From an uncultured Verrucomicrobiae bacterium (lineage in GTDB: Bacteria > Verrucomicrobiota > Verrucomicrobiia > Limisphaerales > JAFGQR01), in contig CAWBHS010000062.1 in assembly GCA_963788655.1 (NCBI GenBank), positions 137,287 through 201,286 on the forward strand: a stretch of 64,000 nucleotides of DNA, in the 5' to 3' direction. The notes under the pieces were generated by a model. The model saw only the letters and a program-made list of their open reading frames with translations, did not search any database and was not told where the DNA came from. The position numbers and the translations under genes were made by a program. Shown here one piece after another: positions 42,301 to 52,819 of this stretch; within the stretch, counting starts at the first letter, position 1, and every line of letters starts with the position of its first letter.

Positions 42301-43016
42301 CCGGGGACACCAATAATCCCAGCACACCGCTGGTGACGCTCTTCATCAATGAATGGCTGGCCGCCAACCTCGGCATTGTGCTCGATCCGGCGGACCAGGA
42401 CTCCGATGATTGGTTCGAGATTTACAATCCCAACGATCAGACCGTGGATTTGGCGGGCTACACCTTGACGGACAATCCCGGCAGTCCGACGAAGTATGTG
42501 ATTCCCGGCGGCTTTGAAATTGCGCCGCACGGTTTCTTACTGGTCTGGGCGGATGAAGAAGGCAGTCAAACCAGTCCGCTTGGCCGGCTCCACGTCAACT
42601 TCCGGCTGAGTGCCTCCGGGGAAAGCATTTCGCTTTACGCACCGGACGGCCGGTTGGTCGATGCGGTGACGTTCGGAACGCAAACGGACAACGTGAGCCA
42701 GGGCCGTTTCCCGGATGGCAGTCCGACCATTGAGTCAGCATTGACCAGCCCGACGCCAGGCGGGCCAAACCTCCTGACCACGCCGCCTCCGGAGGTCAGT
42801 ATCCTGGAGGTTGAATACAACGGCGGCGGACTCACGTTGACCTGGGCTGCCCAAGCGGGCCGGACCTACCGCGTGCAATACAAGTCCGACCTGGCCTCGC
42901 CGGATTGGATCGATTTACCCGGAGACATCAATGCGTCGGTTGAAACTGCTTCGAAGACGGATCCCGCGACTGAAGGGGATGCGCAACGCTTCTATCGGGT
43001 GGTCTTGCTCGAGTAA
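36321..43016 (+). CDS. Large secreted lamin-tail-domain / CotH kinase protein
   Basis: Signal peptide, Ig domain (YQWRLNG...DAGDYDVVV), six LTD starts (SEIMYHP, NEILAH, NEIMYHP, NEIMYNP, SEVQPN, NEWLAA), CotH-like KNTYLY/WDFD, C-terminal YRVQYKSDL...FYRV module. Confidence 0.85.
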   Translation: MKKSKRILRSLPWFSLILFLGAGGVNAEPIPGLFNTGVNDSGVLLSGGAVDAHWQLMQSADGSYPGPNAYVVNDGWPIQSGVWMLNGPDSKWISARADQNQQVNSAYGNQPGDYVFRITCDLTGLEPSTAVITGQWSSDNAGIDVRLNGVSTGINSDGNFGAWTPMFTIDSGFQEGVNVLDFVVNNAGTAVNPLGFRAELSGTADPGAPPGTPPSILQHPESVEAGQGSAVSFNVRVYGSRPFSYQWRLNGNPISGANSSTLTVPSVGAADAGDYDVVVTNEFGADTSDVAMLSLVYLSPAQLTYEPLGPSSRRTGLVFSEIMYHPANRADGRNVEFIEIYNSNPFFEDLSGYRLSGEVDYTFPVGTRIEGLSYLVVAPAPQDVQATYGIGGVVGGFTNRLANSGGTLRLQKKSDAIVLDLAYSDQPPWPVAADGTGHSMVLARPSYGERNPKAWEASALVGGSPGAPDPVPSGPLENLVINEILAHTDLPLVDYVELYNHSPLAVNVGGCWLSDNRDTNKFQIPPDTMLPPRGFLHYDEMELGFGLSADGETVYLWSPDQQRVLDVLRFDGQANAIAFGRYPDGAEGFQELTERTPGEPNAPILIRDVEINEIMYHPISQDNDDEFVELYNRGENPVDVGGWRFMDGIDYAFPPGTSIAADGYLVVARNASRLLTNYPGLDPLIVFGDYGGSLSDAGERIRLGMPDSILETNLANGTILTNYFFVVVDEVTYADGGQWGEWADGGGSSLELIDPRSDNRLPTNWRDSDETGKAPWTLVEHTGVLDNGSGTASPELQIHLQAAGEALVDDVEVFTEGGANRIANGTFESGPSGWFFQGNQRHTSLETSEGYHSAQSLHVRATDRGDTINRVRAPFTSAFTAGPTGTIRAQVRWLRGLPEILLRMKENYLEAVGRLEVPANLGTPGAANSMAVANAGPAITAVTHRPALPAANQPIRVLARVRDTDGVGSVVVRYRIDPSTTLTEIPMMDDGSEGDLVAGDGIYAAVIPAQPNSTLVAFRVEAADAADIPAGSQFPADAPERECLVRFGEFVPAGSLGSYRLWMTRATFDFWTSREKMSNEALDTTFVYGNYRVIYNTGSYFAGSAWSSPGYTTPSGVLCGYDVLYPDDEPFLGDNHVILDWPNRDSTFLREHTMYWLLDQAGLPNLYRRNIHLFVNGARRGTLYNDAQQPGGDIIEEWFPNHAEGDLYKTSFYFEFNDAGVRQGGTPNTLEQFLTTGGEKKTARYRWCWKPRTIHGSANDFAPLFELVDALNSPAGSYLPAVEHVVDVENWMRTFAGNDLASYWDAFGNPNYKNTYLYKPKGAGWKLICWDFDVGLGTGNGGGQYQERYDAALFDTANEQAIARMNNTPSIVRHYWAALDEAVHSFFQPSAVQEFLANRYAAYQAEGISTDSPFVPTGQVPSGEPQRSIPDWITVRRNFILGELAKVDAAFAVNGPTELTVDTNLITLGGSAPVAVKTITVNSTAYPVTWTTVSNWTVRVVLAAGENNLTIEGMDRLGNPVVGASATLSATFTGADVSPVDVVVINEIMYNPLVPGSSFIELYNTSTTHSFDLSGWRLNGLDYTFPVGSVITNGQYLVLAKNTIALVNSLGNTVAVFDEFNGTLANDGETLTLSMPGSIPGEEIVVDRVTYDNLPPWPSAANGQGPSIQLIDPLQDNNRASNWSDGQGWRFFSFTRTSGFQTSSRLSFFFNNEIGDVYLDDVALVEGDVPGAGTNLLTNPGFEDGFDSWGIGYVATNSVLVTNDAHSGQNSAHVIFNPAGGGTPVLTAFYQDIPDVTQYTTYTLSFWYKTGAPGHSFRARLNSTFYPTLPMEVMQATPGAANIGTATLPAYPLLWLSEVQPNNQNTAWDNAGEADPWIEIHNGSAAPISLDGMVLSDQLTDPAAWAFPAGAELQPNEYRVIWADGSPAQSDAVNWHANFRLNPTNGTVYLSRMLSGSPQILDYLHYFGAEADQSFGAYPPNQNSYREWFYYPTPGDTNNPSTPLVTLFINEWLAANLGIVLDPADQDSDDWFEIYNPNDQTVDLAGYTLTDNPGSPTKYVIPGGFEIAPHGFLLVWADEEGSQTSPLGRLHVNFRLSASGESISLYAPDGRLVDAVTFGTQTDNVSQGRFPDGSPTIESALTSPTPGGPNLLTTPPPEVSILEVEYNGGGLTLTWAAQAGRTYRVQYKSDLASPDWIDLPGDINASVETASKTDPATEGDAQRFYRVVLLE

Positions 43017-43029
43017 CGCGCAACCGGCC

Positions 43030-43275
43030 TCGCCAACGTTCTGCCAGCATCCTGCCGGCGGATCGAACTGAGCCCTGCGCCGCGAATAAAGCCAGTAGTC
43101 CGAACGCATCCAGGGCATTCGTTTCTGTCGGCGAGATGCCGACCGCACGCTGCCTCAACGTGCTGCCGGCATCTTGCCGGCAGATCGAACGGAGGAAAGG
43201 GCAACGAATGGTCTTTGAAGGTTCGGGCGCACTGCGCGCATCCGATTCTGTAAGTGAGACGCCGGCAGTCCCAAT
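43030..43275. repeat. GTGCTGCCGGC-family palindromic repeats
   Basis: GTTCTGCCAGCATCCTGCCGGC, TCTGTCGGCGAGATGCCGACCGCAC and GTGCTGCCGGCATCTTGCCGGCAG units; same family as 30564-31050. Confidence 0.75.
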
Positions 43276-43497
43276 GTCGTATTTCATCAACCGGCAGAAC
43301 ATCGTTGATTTACAGTGCTCCCGGCCTAAGCTTCCCACCGTTGGTATCGTCGCTATTCGACGAGCACCCTCGAAGTGTTTTATCTCCATGAAAACAATTT
43401 TAGCAACAGGATCGCCAGTATCTGGCCGTGCCACTGGCGACCTTGGTTGCGGCTCTGCCACGCCTTGACCCATTTCCGTTGATCCAAAGACCGCGCC

Positions 43498-45995
43498 ATG
43501 TCCGCCGCTACTGATCCAATCCGATTACGCTTGATTGTGCGCGGCGCTGTGCAAGGCGTGGGATTTCGTCCATTCGTTTATCGACTGGCCGAGCGAACTC
43601 GGTCTGGCGGGGTGGGTGAACAATTCGACGCAGGGCGTGTTCATCGAAGTGGAAGGGCTCACGCCCTAAATTGGAAGCCTTTCTAATTCGGCTCGGCGCG
43701 GAAAAGCCGCCGCGCAGTTTCATCCAAAGCCAGGAGGCCACGTGGCTGGATCCGGTGGGTTATGATCGCTTCGAAATCCGCGCCAGCGATCCGGGCGGCG
43801 CGAAGACTGCACTCGTGTTGCCGGACATTGCCACGTGCCCGGATTGCCTGCGGGAAGTTTTCGATCCATCCAATCGCCGCTATGGTTATCCCTTTACCAA
43901 CTGCACCAATTGCGGTCCCCGGTTCACTCTCATCGAAAGCCTGCCTTATGACCGGCCCAATACGTCGATGAAACGCTTCATGATGTGCCCGCAATGCCAG
44001 GCCGAATACGACGATCCCGCCGACCGGCGTTTTCATGCGCAGCCGAACGCCTGCCCCATTTGCGGTCCGCACCTGGAACTCTGGGATGCAGAAGGCAGGC
44101 CTTTGATCGATGGCAGCCACAGACGCGAAGTATTGCCGGTTGCGGCGGCGGCCATTCGGGAGGGTCGGATCGTGGCGGTGAAAGGACTGGGCGGCTTCCA
44201 TCTCATGGTGGCGGCGCACGACGAGGCCGCGGTCCAACGGCTGCGCCAGCGCAAGCATCGGGAAGAAAAGCCGCTGGCTTTGATGTTTCCGGCGTTGGAA
44301 GTGGTCCAGACGATCTGCGAAGTGTCCCCGTTGGAAGAACGGTTGTTGCAGTCACCAGAATCCCCGATTGTCCTCTTGCACCGACGATCAGCCGCCCTCG
44401 CCAGCAACGCTGACTTCGAAAATGTGCTGCTGGCGTCTCGCCGGCAGAAACGAGTGTCGTGGTTGCGCTCGCACGGTCAGCCCCAATCCGAACGCGCTCG
44501 AGACGTTCGCTCTGCCGGCAGGATGCCGGCAGCACGTTTTGAGGGCCATCGGCACTCTCACGAGCCGCCGCTACATTACATCATCGCGCCCTCGGTAGCG
44601 CCCGCCAATCCGTATCTCGGGGTGATGCTGCCGTACACGCCGCTGCATCATCTGCTGTTGGCCGAACTGGGCTTCCCCGTCGTGGCCACCAGCGGCAATC
44701 TGAGCGACGAACCCATTTGCACGGATGAACACGAGGCCGTCACCCGCTTGCGCGGCATCGCGGATTTGTTCCTGGTCCACAATCGCCCCATCGTGCGGCA
44801 CGTGGACGATTCGATTGTGCGGATTATGTTGGGGCGCGAAATGGTTCTGCGCCGCGCCCGCGGATACGCGCCGTTGCCCGTCCCGGTGCCGCCCACCAAC
44901 CGAACGGCGGGCCCACCAACACCACCCAGTGTTCTCGCCGTCGGAGCGCACCTCAAGAACACCGTCGCCCTCTCCGTCGGGCCGCAAATCTTCCTCAGCC
45001 AGCACATCGGCGATCTGGAAACGGAACAAGCCTTCGACGCCTTCCGCCGGGTGATCGATGATTTCCAACGGCTTTACGAAGCTCGACCCGCACTGGTCGT
45101 TGCGGACGCGCATCCCGATTACCTTTCGACGCAATACGCGCGCGAAACAGACTTGCCGATCTTGTCCGTGCAGCACCACTTGGCGCACGTGTTTTCGTGC
45201 CTGGGCGAAAACGGTCTGACGCCGCCAGTCTTCGGCGTTTCCTGGGATGGCACCGGTTACGGATTGGACGGCACGATTTGGGGCGGAGAATTTTTTTGCG
45301 TCACCCGGGACGCATGGCAACGCGTAGGCCATTTTCGAACATTTCCATTGCCCGGCGGCGACCAAGCGGTAAAAGAACCGCGTCGCACCGCTCTGGGACT
45401 TTTGTTTGCGCTGGAAGGCGACGCCGCCTTCGACCGACGGTCAGCGCCGGTATCGGCTTTCAGCGAGGCAGAATTGCGTCCGCTGCGGCGCATGCTGGCC
45501 AACCATCTGAACGCGCCGCTGACCTCCAGTGTGGGCCGGCTGTTTGACGCGGTCGCGGCATTGTGCGGTTTGCGGCAGCGGGTCCAGTTCGAAGGCCAAG
45601 CGGCGATGGAACTGGAATTTGCGCTGACCGGCTGCGATACCAATGAATCGTACTCATTCGAGTTTACTGCGGAAGACTCCGCGCCGTGGGTGTTGGATTG
45701 GGCGCGGTTGATCCAGGCGATATTGGCGGACATTGCCCAAGAGACACCGACCGGCATCATTGCCGCTCGTTTCCACAATTCCTTGGCGGAGATCATCGTC
45801 CACGCCGCACGCCGGTCGGGCGAAAGTCGTGTCGTGCTCACGGGGGGCTGTTTCCAGAACCGTTACCTGACCGAACGCGCGGTGGAACGGCTTGCGGCGG
45901 AAGGATTCAAGCCGTATTGGCATCAGCGCGTGCCGCCCAACGACGGCGGGATTGCTTTGGGACAAGTCCTTGCAGCCTGGCACGAGAAGGGTTAG
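43498..45995 (+). CDS. hypF: Carbamoyltransferase HypF; two N-terminal frameshifts and an in-frame repeat insertion
   Basis: GAVQGVGFRP acylphosphatase domain, two CxxC zinc fingers, KGLGGFHL, SQHIGDL, QHHLAH, PPNDGGIALGQ. Confidence 0.95.
44414..44544. repeat. Palindromic element inserted inside hypF
   Basis: Inverted arms CTTCGAAAATGTGCTGCTGGCGTCTCGCCGGCAGA / TCTGCCGGCAGGATGCCGGCAGCACGTTTTGAGG; same family as the intergenic copies. Confidence 0.85.
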
Positions 45996-46006
45996 ATAAG
46001 AGCGCA

Positions 46007-46357
46007 ATGTGTCTCGCAGTACCAGGTAAAATCGAAAGCATCGAAGCCGAAGGCCCGCTCGGACCCAGCGGCAAGGTCAATTTCGGCGGCATCCTCAAGG
46101 AGGTGTGCCTCGCCTACGTGCCGGAAGCCCAGGTGGGCGATTACGTGATTGTCCACGTGGGCTTCGCCCTCAGCCTACTCGACGAGGAAGAAGCCAACAA
46201 AACGCTCGAATACTTCCGCGAGATGGGAGAATTGGCGGAGTTGGAAGAGAGCGGTGCGGCTTTCGCCCCAAACGATGACCGGGCCGGCACGGCACCCGCG
46301 GTCGATTCAAGCAACCGCGATTCGATTTCCCTCCCGCATCGTTCCGGCTCGACATGA
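46007..46357 (+). CDS. hypC: Hydrogenase maturation chaperone HypC
   Basis: MCLAVPG start, [11 protein letters not shown]. Confidence 0.95.
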   Translation: MCLAVPGKIESIEAEGPLGPSGKVNFGGILKEVCLAYVPEAQVGDYVIVHVGFALSLLDEEEANKTLEYFREMGELAELEESGAAFAPNDDRAGTAPAVDSSNRDSISLPHRSGST

Positions 46358-47458
46358 AATACCTCGACGAATACCGCGATGGCGACGCGGCCCGGAGGCT
46401 GGCCCAGGAGATCCATCGGCGCACCACGCGACCGTGGAGCATCATGGAAGTGTGCGGTGGCCAGACGCACTCGATCGTGAAATTCGGCATCGACGAACTG
46501 TTGCCGAAGCAGATCACGCTCATCCACGGTCCCGGTTGCCCGGTGTGCGTGACGCCGCTGGAGATCATTGACAAGGCGCTGGAAATCGCCGCCCGGCCCG
46601 ACGTGATCTTTTGTTCGTTTGGCGATATGCTTCGCGTGCCGGGCAGCACGACCGATTTGCTGTCGGTAAAGGCCACCGGCAGCGACGTGCGGATTGTCTA
46701 TTCACCGTTGGATACGGTGAAGATTGCCGAACAAAATCCCGGCAAGGAAGTGGTGTTCTTTGGCGTGGGTTTCGAAACCACCGCACCCGCCACGGCCATG
46801 GTGGTTTTCCAGGCGGCCAAGAAGGGATTGAAGAATTTTTCGCTGCTCGTTTCGCATGTGCTGGTGCCGCCGGCGATGGAGGCCATTCTGTCATCGCCCA
46901 ATTGCCGGGTGCAGGGTTTCCTGGCCGCCGGGCACGTTTGCACGGTGATGGGGTATTGGGAGTATTTTCCGATTGCGAAGCAATACCGCGTGCCCATCGT
47001 GGTCACCGGGTTTGAGCCGCTGGACATTCTCCAAGGCATCCTGATGTGCGTCCGGCAACTGGAGGAAGGCCGCGCCGAAGTGGAAAACGCCTACACGCCG
47101 CTCGGTGTGCCAGGAAGGTAATTCGCCCGCCCAGCAACTGATCCAACAGGTCTTCCAGGTGGTGCCGCGCAAATGGCGGGGCGTGGGCGAAATTCCCCGG
47201 AGCGGTATGGGCTTGCATCCCGATTACGCCGCGTTCGACGCGGAGACGAAGTTTGGCGTGGCGGATCATCATGTCGATGAACCCGCCGAATGTCTCAGCG
47301 GGCTGGTGCTGCAAGGCCAGATCAAACCGCACGAATGTCCGGCCTTTGGCACGCGCTGCACCCCGGAACATCCGCTCGGGGCCACCATGGTGTCGTCCGA
47401 AGGCGCGTGCGCGGCTTACTATTTGTACCGCCGCCACGAGCAGCCGGCCGCAGTCTGA
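46354..47458 (+). CDS. hypD: Hydrogenase maturation protein HypD; frameshift near 47100
   Basis: [33 protein letters not shown]. Confidence 0.95.
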
Positions 47459-47474
47459 TTTCCAGACCCGATTC

Positions 47475-48527
47475 ATGGAAAACCCACCCGACTTTGCCGC
47501 CTGCCCGCTGCCGCTGCAGCAATATCCCAACGTCCTGATGGCCCATGGCGGCGGCGGCAAGCTGATGCACCAGTTGTTGCAGCAGGTGTTCATGACGGCG
47601 TTTGCCAATCCCACGCTGAACGTGCAGCACGATTCATCGGTGCTCGCGGTGCCCGGCTCACGGCTGGCCTTTACCACGGATTCCTACGTGGTGCGGCCCA
47701 TTGTGTTCCCGGCGGCGACATTGGTTCGATGGCGGTTCACGGCACGGTGAATGACCTGGCGATGAGCGGGGCGCGGCCGCTTTACTTGAGCGCGGGCTTC
47801 ATCATCGAGGAAGGACTGCCCATGGAGACGCTGTGGAAGTTGGTTCGCTCGATGCAAGACGCCGCGCAGCGATGCGGCGTGCAGATCGTCACGGGCGACA
47901 CCAAGGTCGTGGACAAGGGCAAGGGCGACGGGCTGTTCATCAACACCGCCGGCATTGGGGTTGTTGAACATGAGTTGAGTATTTGCCCCACAAGCGTGAA
48001 GCCGGGCGATGTGCTCTTGGTGAATGGCGACTTGGGCCGTCACGGCATGGCGATCATGGCGGTGCGGGAAGGGTTGGAATTTGAAAGCGCCATCGAGAGT
48101 GATTCCGCGTCCGTGGCGGACGTGGTGCTTGCGCTGCTCAAGGATGGCATTGAAGTGCATTGCCTGCGCGACCTGACCCGGGGCGGTCTGGCCAGTGCCC
48201 TCAACGAAATTGCCCCCGCGGCCAAGGTGCGGATTCAAATCGAGGAAAAGCTCGTGCCCGTCCGGGAAGATGTGCGGTCCGCATGCGAAATCCTGGGGCT
48301 GGATCCGCTGCACGTGGCTTGCGAAGGACGGTTTGTGGCGTTCGTGAGCGCCAAAGACGCCGATCGCGCGCTGGCTTTAATGCAGTCGCACGACAGCGGC
48401 AAAGGAGCGGCGCATCATTGGCAAGGTTGCGGAAGGAGTGTCGCCAATGGTGGTCCTCAAAAGCACCATTGGAGCGACACGCATTCTCGACATGCCCAGC
48501 GGCGAGCAGTTGCCGCGGATTTGTTAA
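47475..48527 (+). CDS. hypE: Carbamoyl dehydratase HypE; frameshifts near 47710 and 48415
   Basis: [36 protein letters not shown]-terminal GEQLPRIC*. Confidence 0.95.
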
Positions 48528-48627
48528 GAGAGAAGGGAATTGGTTGAGAACGCCAAGCATCGATCGAGAGCGGGGCCAGCTCCGCACACTTCAAACGCCG
48601 GCGCGCCTCTCGGAATTCACACGAAAC

Positions 48628-49092
48628 ATGTCGGACTCATTCATCCAGCGCGGCGGCCTTTGGGTCATCGGCCAAAGCATTCTCATGTTCGCGGTGATCG
48701 CGCTCGGCGTGGCGTATCCGGGTGATTGGACGCAATGGGCGATGGTTGTTCCCGGGGCCACATTATTTACCCTGGGCGGCGTTGTAGGTGTGGCCGGCGT
48801 GTGGGTTCTGGGCGGGAATCGCACACCCTTCCCCGCGCCGAGGCCGCAGTCGCAATTGGTGCAGCGGGGCATTTACTCGCTGATTCGACATCCGCTTTAC
48901 ACCAGCGTGATGCTGAGTTCCCTGGGATGGGCGCTGCTGTGGCAATGCTGGGCCGCGGTGGCCGCTGCGCTCGTCTTGATCCCGTTTTTCGACGCCAAAG
49001 CGCGCCACGAAGAGCGCCGGTTAAGGAACACGTTTCCCGAGTACACCGAATACCAACGGCGGGTCCGGCGGTTCATCCCTTGGATTTATTGA
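48628..49092 (+). CDS. ICMT/PEMT-family membrane methyltransferase
   Basis: LVQRGIYSLIRHPLY, EERRL...FPEYTEYQRRVRRFIP. Confidence 0.88.
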   Translation: MSDSFIQRGGLWVIGQSILMFAVIALGVAYPGDWTQWAMVVPGATLFTLGGVVGVAGVWVLGGNRTPFPAPRPQSQLVQRGIYSLIRHPLYTSVMLSSLGWALLWQCWAAVAAALVLIPFFDAKARHEERRLRNTFPEYTEYQRRVRRFIPWIY

Positions 49093-49213
49093 TTTTGGGT
49101 CGTCGATCATTGGCAACTTGCAACCTTGCCATCCAATTTTCTTTTGGAGATGCAAATGTCGGCTTTTTTGTTGACCCCATTGTCATCTTTGTCTAAGCCT
49201 ATACAAGTAGTTT

Positions 49214-49627
49214 ATGTGGAATTCTGACAACGCGTTGTTTGGCGATTTGATTTATCTGTTCGCTTTTTGTTTGGGCGGCTTGGTGTTTGCCATCGGCCCG
49301 ATCGTACTGGCGAACCTGCTCGCCGCGCGCAAAACCCGCAACTATGCGGGCAAGACCGGGCAGTTCATCGAATGCGGCATCGAGCCCATCGGTGACGCCT
49401 GGATTCGCTACAGCGCCGTGTATTACCTGTACGCCCTGGTGTTTGTGGCGTTCGCGGTGGACGTGTTGTTTCTCATTCCCGTGGCGCTGGTTTATGACAA
49501 AGTGTTCGCCATCAGGGATTTCGTGGAGCTGCTAATTTTCGTTGGCATACTTTCGCTGGTGATTGTGTATGCCTGGAAGAAAGGAATTTTTGAATGGAAC
49601 CGCAAGAAGAGTGTTCCCAAATCGTAA
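49214..49627 (+). CDS. nuoA: Complex I-like subunit A
   Basis: [26 protein letters not shown]. Confidence 0.92.
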   Translation: MWNSDNALFGDLIYLFAFCLGGLVFAIGPIVLANLLAARKTRNYAGKTGQFIECGIEPIGDAWIRYSAVYYLYALVFVAFAVDVLFLIPVALVYDKVFAIRDFVELLIFVGILSLVIVYAWKKGIFEWNRKKSVPKS

Positions 49628-50091
49628 AGTTTGCCAAGTTGGATGAGTTACTCGCGCTCGGGCGGGCCAATTCCCTTTGGCCACTGACGTTCGGGTTGGC
49701 CTGCTGCGCCATCGAGATGATGGCGGCCGGCGCTTCACGGTTCGACCTTTCGCGGTTCGGCGCCGAAGTCTTCCGGCCTTCCCCGCGTCAGGCGGACGTG
49801 ATGATCGTGGCCGGCACGATTAACAAGAAGATGGCCCCGGCCGTGAAAACGCTTTACGACCAGATGCCCGAACCAAAATGGGTGATTGCGATGGGCAATT
49901 GCGCCATCTCGGGCGGTCCCTTTCTTTTTCCCGGCCAGTATTCGGTGGTCGAAGGCGTCGAGAAACTTTTTCCGGTGGATGTCTTTATTCCCGGGTGCCC
50001 GCCGCGCCCGGAGGCCCTGATTGAAGGCATTTTGGAACTGGAAGAAAAAATCACCGGCAAACGCCGCTGGCCCCGCGTCACCCCGAAATGA
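49594..50091 (+). CDS. nuoB: Complex I-like subunit B
   Basis: [29 protein letters not shown]. Confidence 0.95.
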   Translation: MEPQEECSQIVKFAKLDELLALGRANSLWPLTFGLACCAIEMMAAGASRFDLSRFGAEVFRPSPRQADVMIVAGTINKKMAPAVKTLYDQMPEPKWVIAMGNCAISGGPFLFPGQYSVVEGVEKLFPVDVFIPGCPPRPEALIEGILELEEKITGKRRWPRVTPK

Positions 50092-50691
50092 TCCCTTCGC
50101 TCCAGGAACTTCACGATCAATTCTCGCAACGGTTCGCGCCGGCTCCTGCTCCGGCGCCGGAACAGTCGGCGGGCGAACCCGTGTCTCCACCGGCAACGGC
50201 TCCAACGACTGAGGGCGCTCCGGCTACAGAATCAGCAGCCGCAACCGAATCCGGCTCCGCCGCCCGATACTCGCTGCGCCCGCGGCCACCTCCCAGCCCC
50301 GTCCAGTTGGTGGACTTTGCGGCCAAAGGCTATCATCTCGACGTGACGGTTTCCCCGTCGGAAGTCGTGGCTGCCGCCTGCGCTACTGGACCAGGAGGGT
50401 TTCGCCATCGACGCGGTGACCGGCGTGGACTGGATCGCGGAGGAACAAATGGAAGTGGTCTATGATTACTTCCACCCGCTGGCCAATTGCCGGGTGGTGG
50501 TGCGCACCCGCATTCCGCGGGGCAATCCGGAACTGCCCACCATTTCGGTGGTGTTCCCCGGCGCCAATTGGCACGAACGCGAGACGCACGATTTCTTCGG
50601 CATTCGTTTCTTGGGTCATCCGGATTTGAGTCCGTTCCTGCTGCCCGAGGACGCCGATTATCACCCGCTTAGGAAGGATTTTGCCGCGTGA
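50088..50691 (+). CDS. nuoC: Complex I-like subunit C; frameshift near 50385
   Basis: [27 protein letters not shown]; Ala/Pro-rich N-terminus. Confidence 0.88.
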
Positions 50692-51825
50692 CCGATCCGC
50701 AATCCATTCCCCATTCCCACGGCACTGGCACCGACGAGACATTCATCCTGAATTTGGGGCCGCAGCATCCCGCCACCCACGGCGTGTTGCGAGTCAAGCT
50801 GACGATGGACGGGGAATACATCACGCGCGCTGAGCCGGTGCCCGGTTACATTCACCGGATGCACGAGAAGATGGGGGAGAACCGCAAGTGGGCGCAGTTT
50901 CTGCCGAATACCAGCCGCATCGATTATCTCTCGGCGATGCACTACACCCACGCGTTCGTGGGCGCAGTGGAACGGCGGAATCGGTCTTGCGGTGCCGCCG
51001 CGGGCGGAATACATCCGGGTCATTACCTCGGAGCTGAACCGCATTTCCAGCCACCTGGTGTGGTTCGGCGCCTTTCTGCTCGACCTCGGCGGATTTACGC
51101 CGTTGCTTTACGCGTTCGATGATCGTGAAAAGATCCTGGACCTACTGGAAGGCATCACCGGTTCGCGGCTGACCTATTGCTATTACCGGTTCGGCGGTTT
51201 GTGCAATGACATCGACGACGATTTCATCCGCGGAACGCGCGAGTTTGTCGCGATGATGCGGCCCCGGCTGAAGCTGTATCGCGACCTGGTGACCGACAAC
51301 ATCATCTTGCGCAAACGCCTGATCGAGATCGGCCCGATCAGCGCGGAAATGTGCCGCAAGTACGGCGCTACCGGTCCGGTCATTCGCGGTTCCGGGGTCG
51401 CTTACGATGTGCGGAAGGTCGAGCCGTATTCGGTTTATTCCGAGTTTGATTTTGAGATTCCCGTCTTCCCCGAAGGCGATTGCATGGCCCGTTATCTGGT
51501 GCGCATGGAAGAGATCGCCCAAAGCCTGCGGATCATCGAGCAGGCCTTGGACAAATTGCCGGACGGCCCCATCATGGCCGACAAAGTGCCGCGGGTGCTG
51601 AAGCTGCCCGCCGGGGATTATTGTTACGCCGTGGAGGCGGCTCGCGGGCGATTTGCCGTGCGCGTGGTGAGCGACAACAAGGAAATCCCGTACCGGGTCC
51701 GCCTGCGTGCGCCGTCGTTCTCGAACCTTAGTCTGTACGAAGAAGCCAGCCAGGGGATGATGCTGCCCGACGCGCTCGCGCTGATGGGCAGCCTGGATTT
51801 GGTCATCCCGGATATTGATCGCTGA
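50688..51825 (+). CDS. nuoD: Complex I-like subunit D; frameshift near 50975
   Basis: NLGPQHPATHGVLR, RIDY, ELNRISSHL; C-terminal DLVIPDIDR with no NiFe CxxC motifs. Confidence 0.93.
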
Positions 51826-51826
51826 T

Positions 51827-52817
51827 ATGACAATTCCCGAACCCTTTCGATTGCTGGCTTACCTCTTCGGCATCATGGCCTTCGTGGGCCTGAATGCCGC
51901 CTACCTGGTGTGGGTCGAGCGCAAGGGGGCCGGCCGGTTTCAGCGCCGCACGGGTCCTTCGGAAGTCGGCTACGCCGGGTTGCTTCAGCCCATCGCCGAC
52001 GCAATCAAACTGCTCTCGAAGCAATTGCTGGTGCCGCCGGGGGTGGACCGCACGTTGTTCCGCGTGGCGCCCATCCTGATCATGGCGCCGGCGTTGATGA
52101 GCCTGGCGACCATTCCCTTCAGCGAAAACCTGGCCGCTCGGAACATCAACGTGGGCCTGGTGATGATCTTCGCCTTCGCGTCCATCAACGTCATGGCGAT
52201 CATGCTGGGCGGTTGGTCGTCGCGGAACAAATACGCCATCATCTCCGCGGCGCGAGTAGTTTCGCAAAACGTCGCTTACGAAATTCCGATGCTGCTGGTC
52301 GTCATCACCATGTTGATGGTGACCCGCACGATGAACCTCCACGAAATCGTCGAACCAGCAGGCCGGCGGGTTTTGGCATTGGAACATTTTCAACCTGGCG
52401 GCCAATCCGCTCATGCCGGTGACGTTCCTGATTTTCTACACCTGCATGCTGGCCGAGACGAACCGCGCGCCGTTCGACATGGCGGAGGCCGAAAGCGAAC
52501 TGGTGGCCGGCGCTTACACCGAGTATTCCGGGATGGGCTTTGGCGTTTTCTTCATGGGCGAATACGCGAACATCGTCATCGGCTGCTGCGTGGCGACGGT
52601 GCTGTTCCTGGGCGGCTGGCAAAGCCCCATCGGCGTTCTGCCGGGTTTGTTCTGGTTTCTGTTGAAGCTGTATTTCCTGATTTTCTCGGTGATCTGGGTG
52701 CGCTGGACGTTTCCGCGAACGCAGTTTTACGGACTGCTCAACTTGTCCTGGAAAATCCTGATTCCGCTTTCGTTGTTCACCCTGGTGCTGTCCAGCGCGA
52801 TGATTAAGATTTTTTGA
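51827..52817 (+). CDS. nuoH: Complex I-like subunit H; frameshift near 52355
   Basis: ERK...QRRTGP, QPIADAIKL, AETNRAPFDMAEAESELVAG. Confidence 0.93.
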
Positions 52818-52819
52818 GT

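Noticed and set aside
50688..51825. NiFe hydrogenase (group 4) large subunit, given the nearby hyp genes
   Set aside because: No RxCxxC or DPCxxC motif; it has the NuoD motifs RIDY and D...DR instead.
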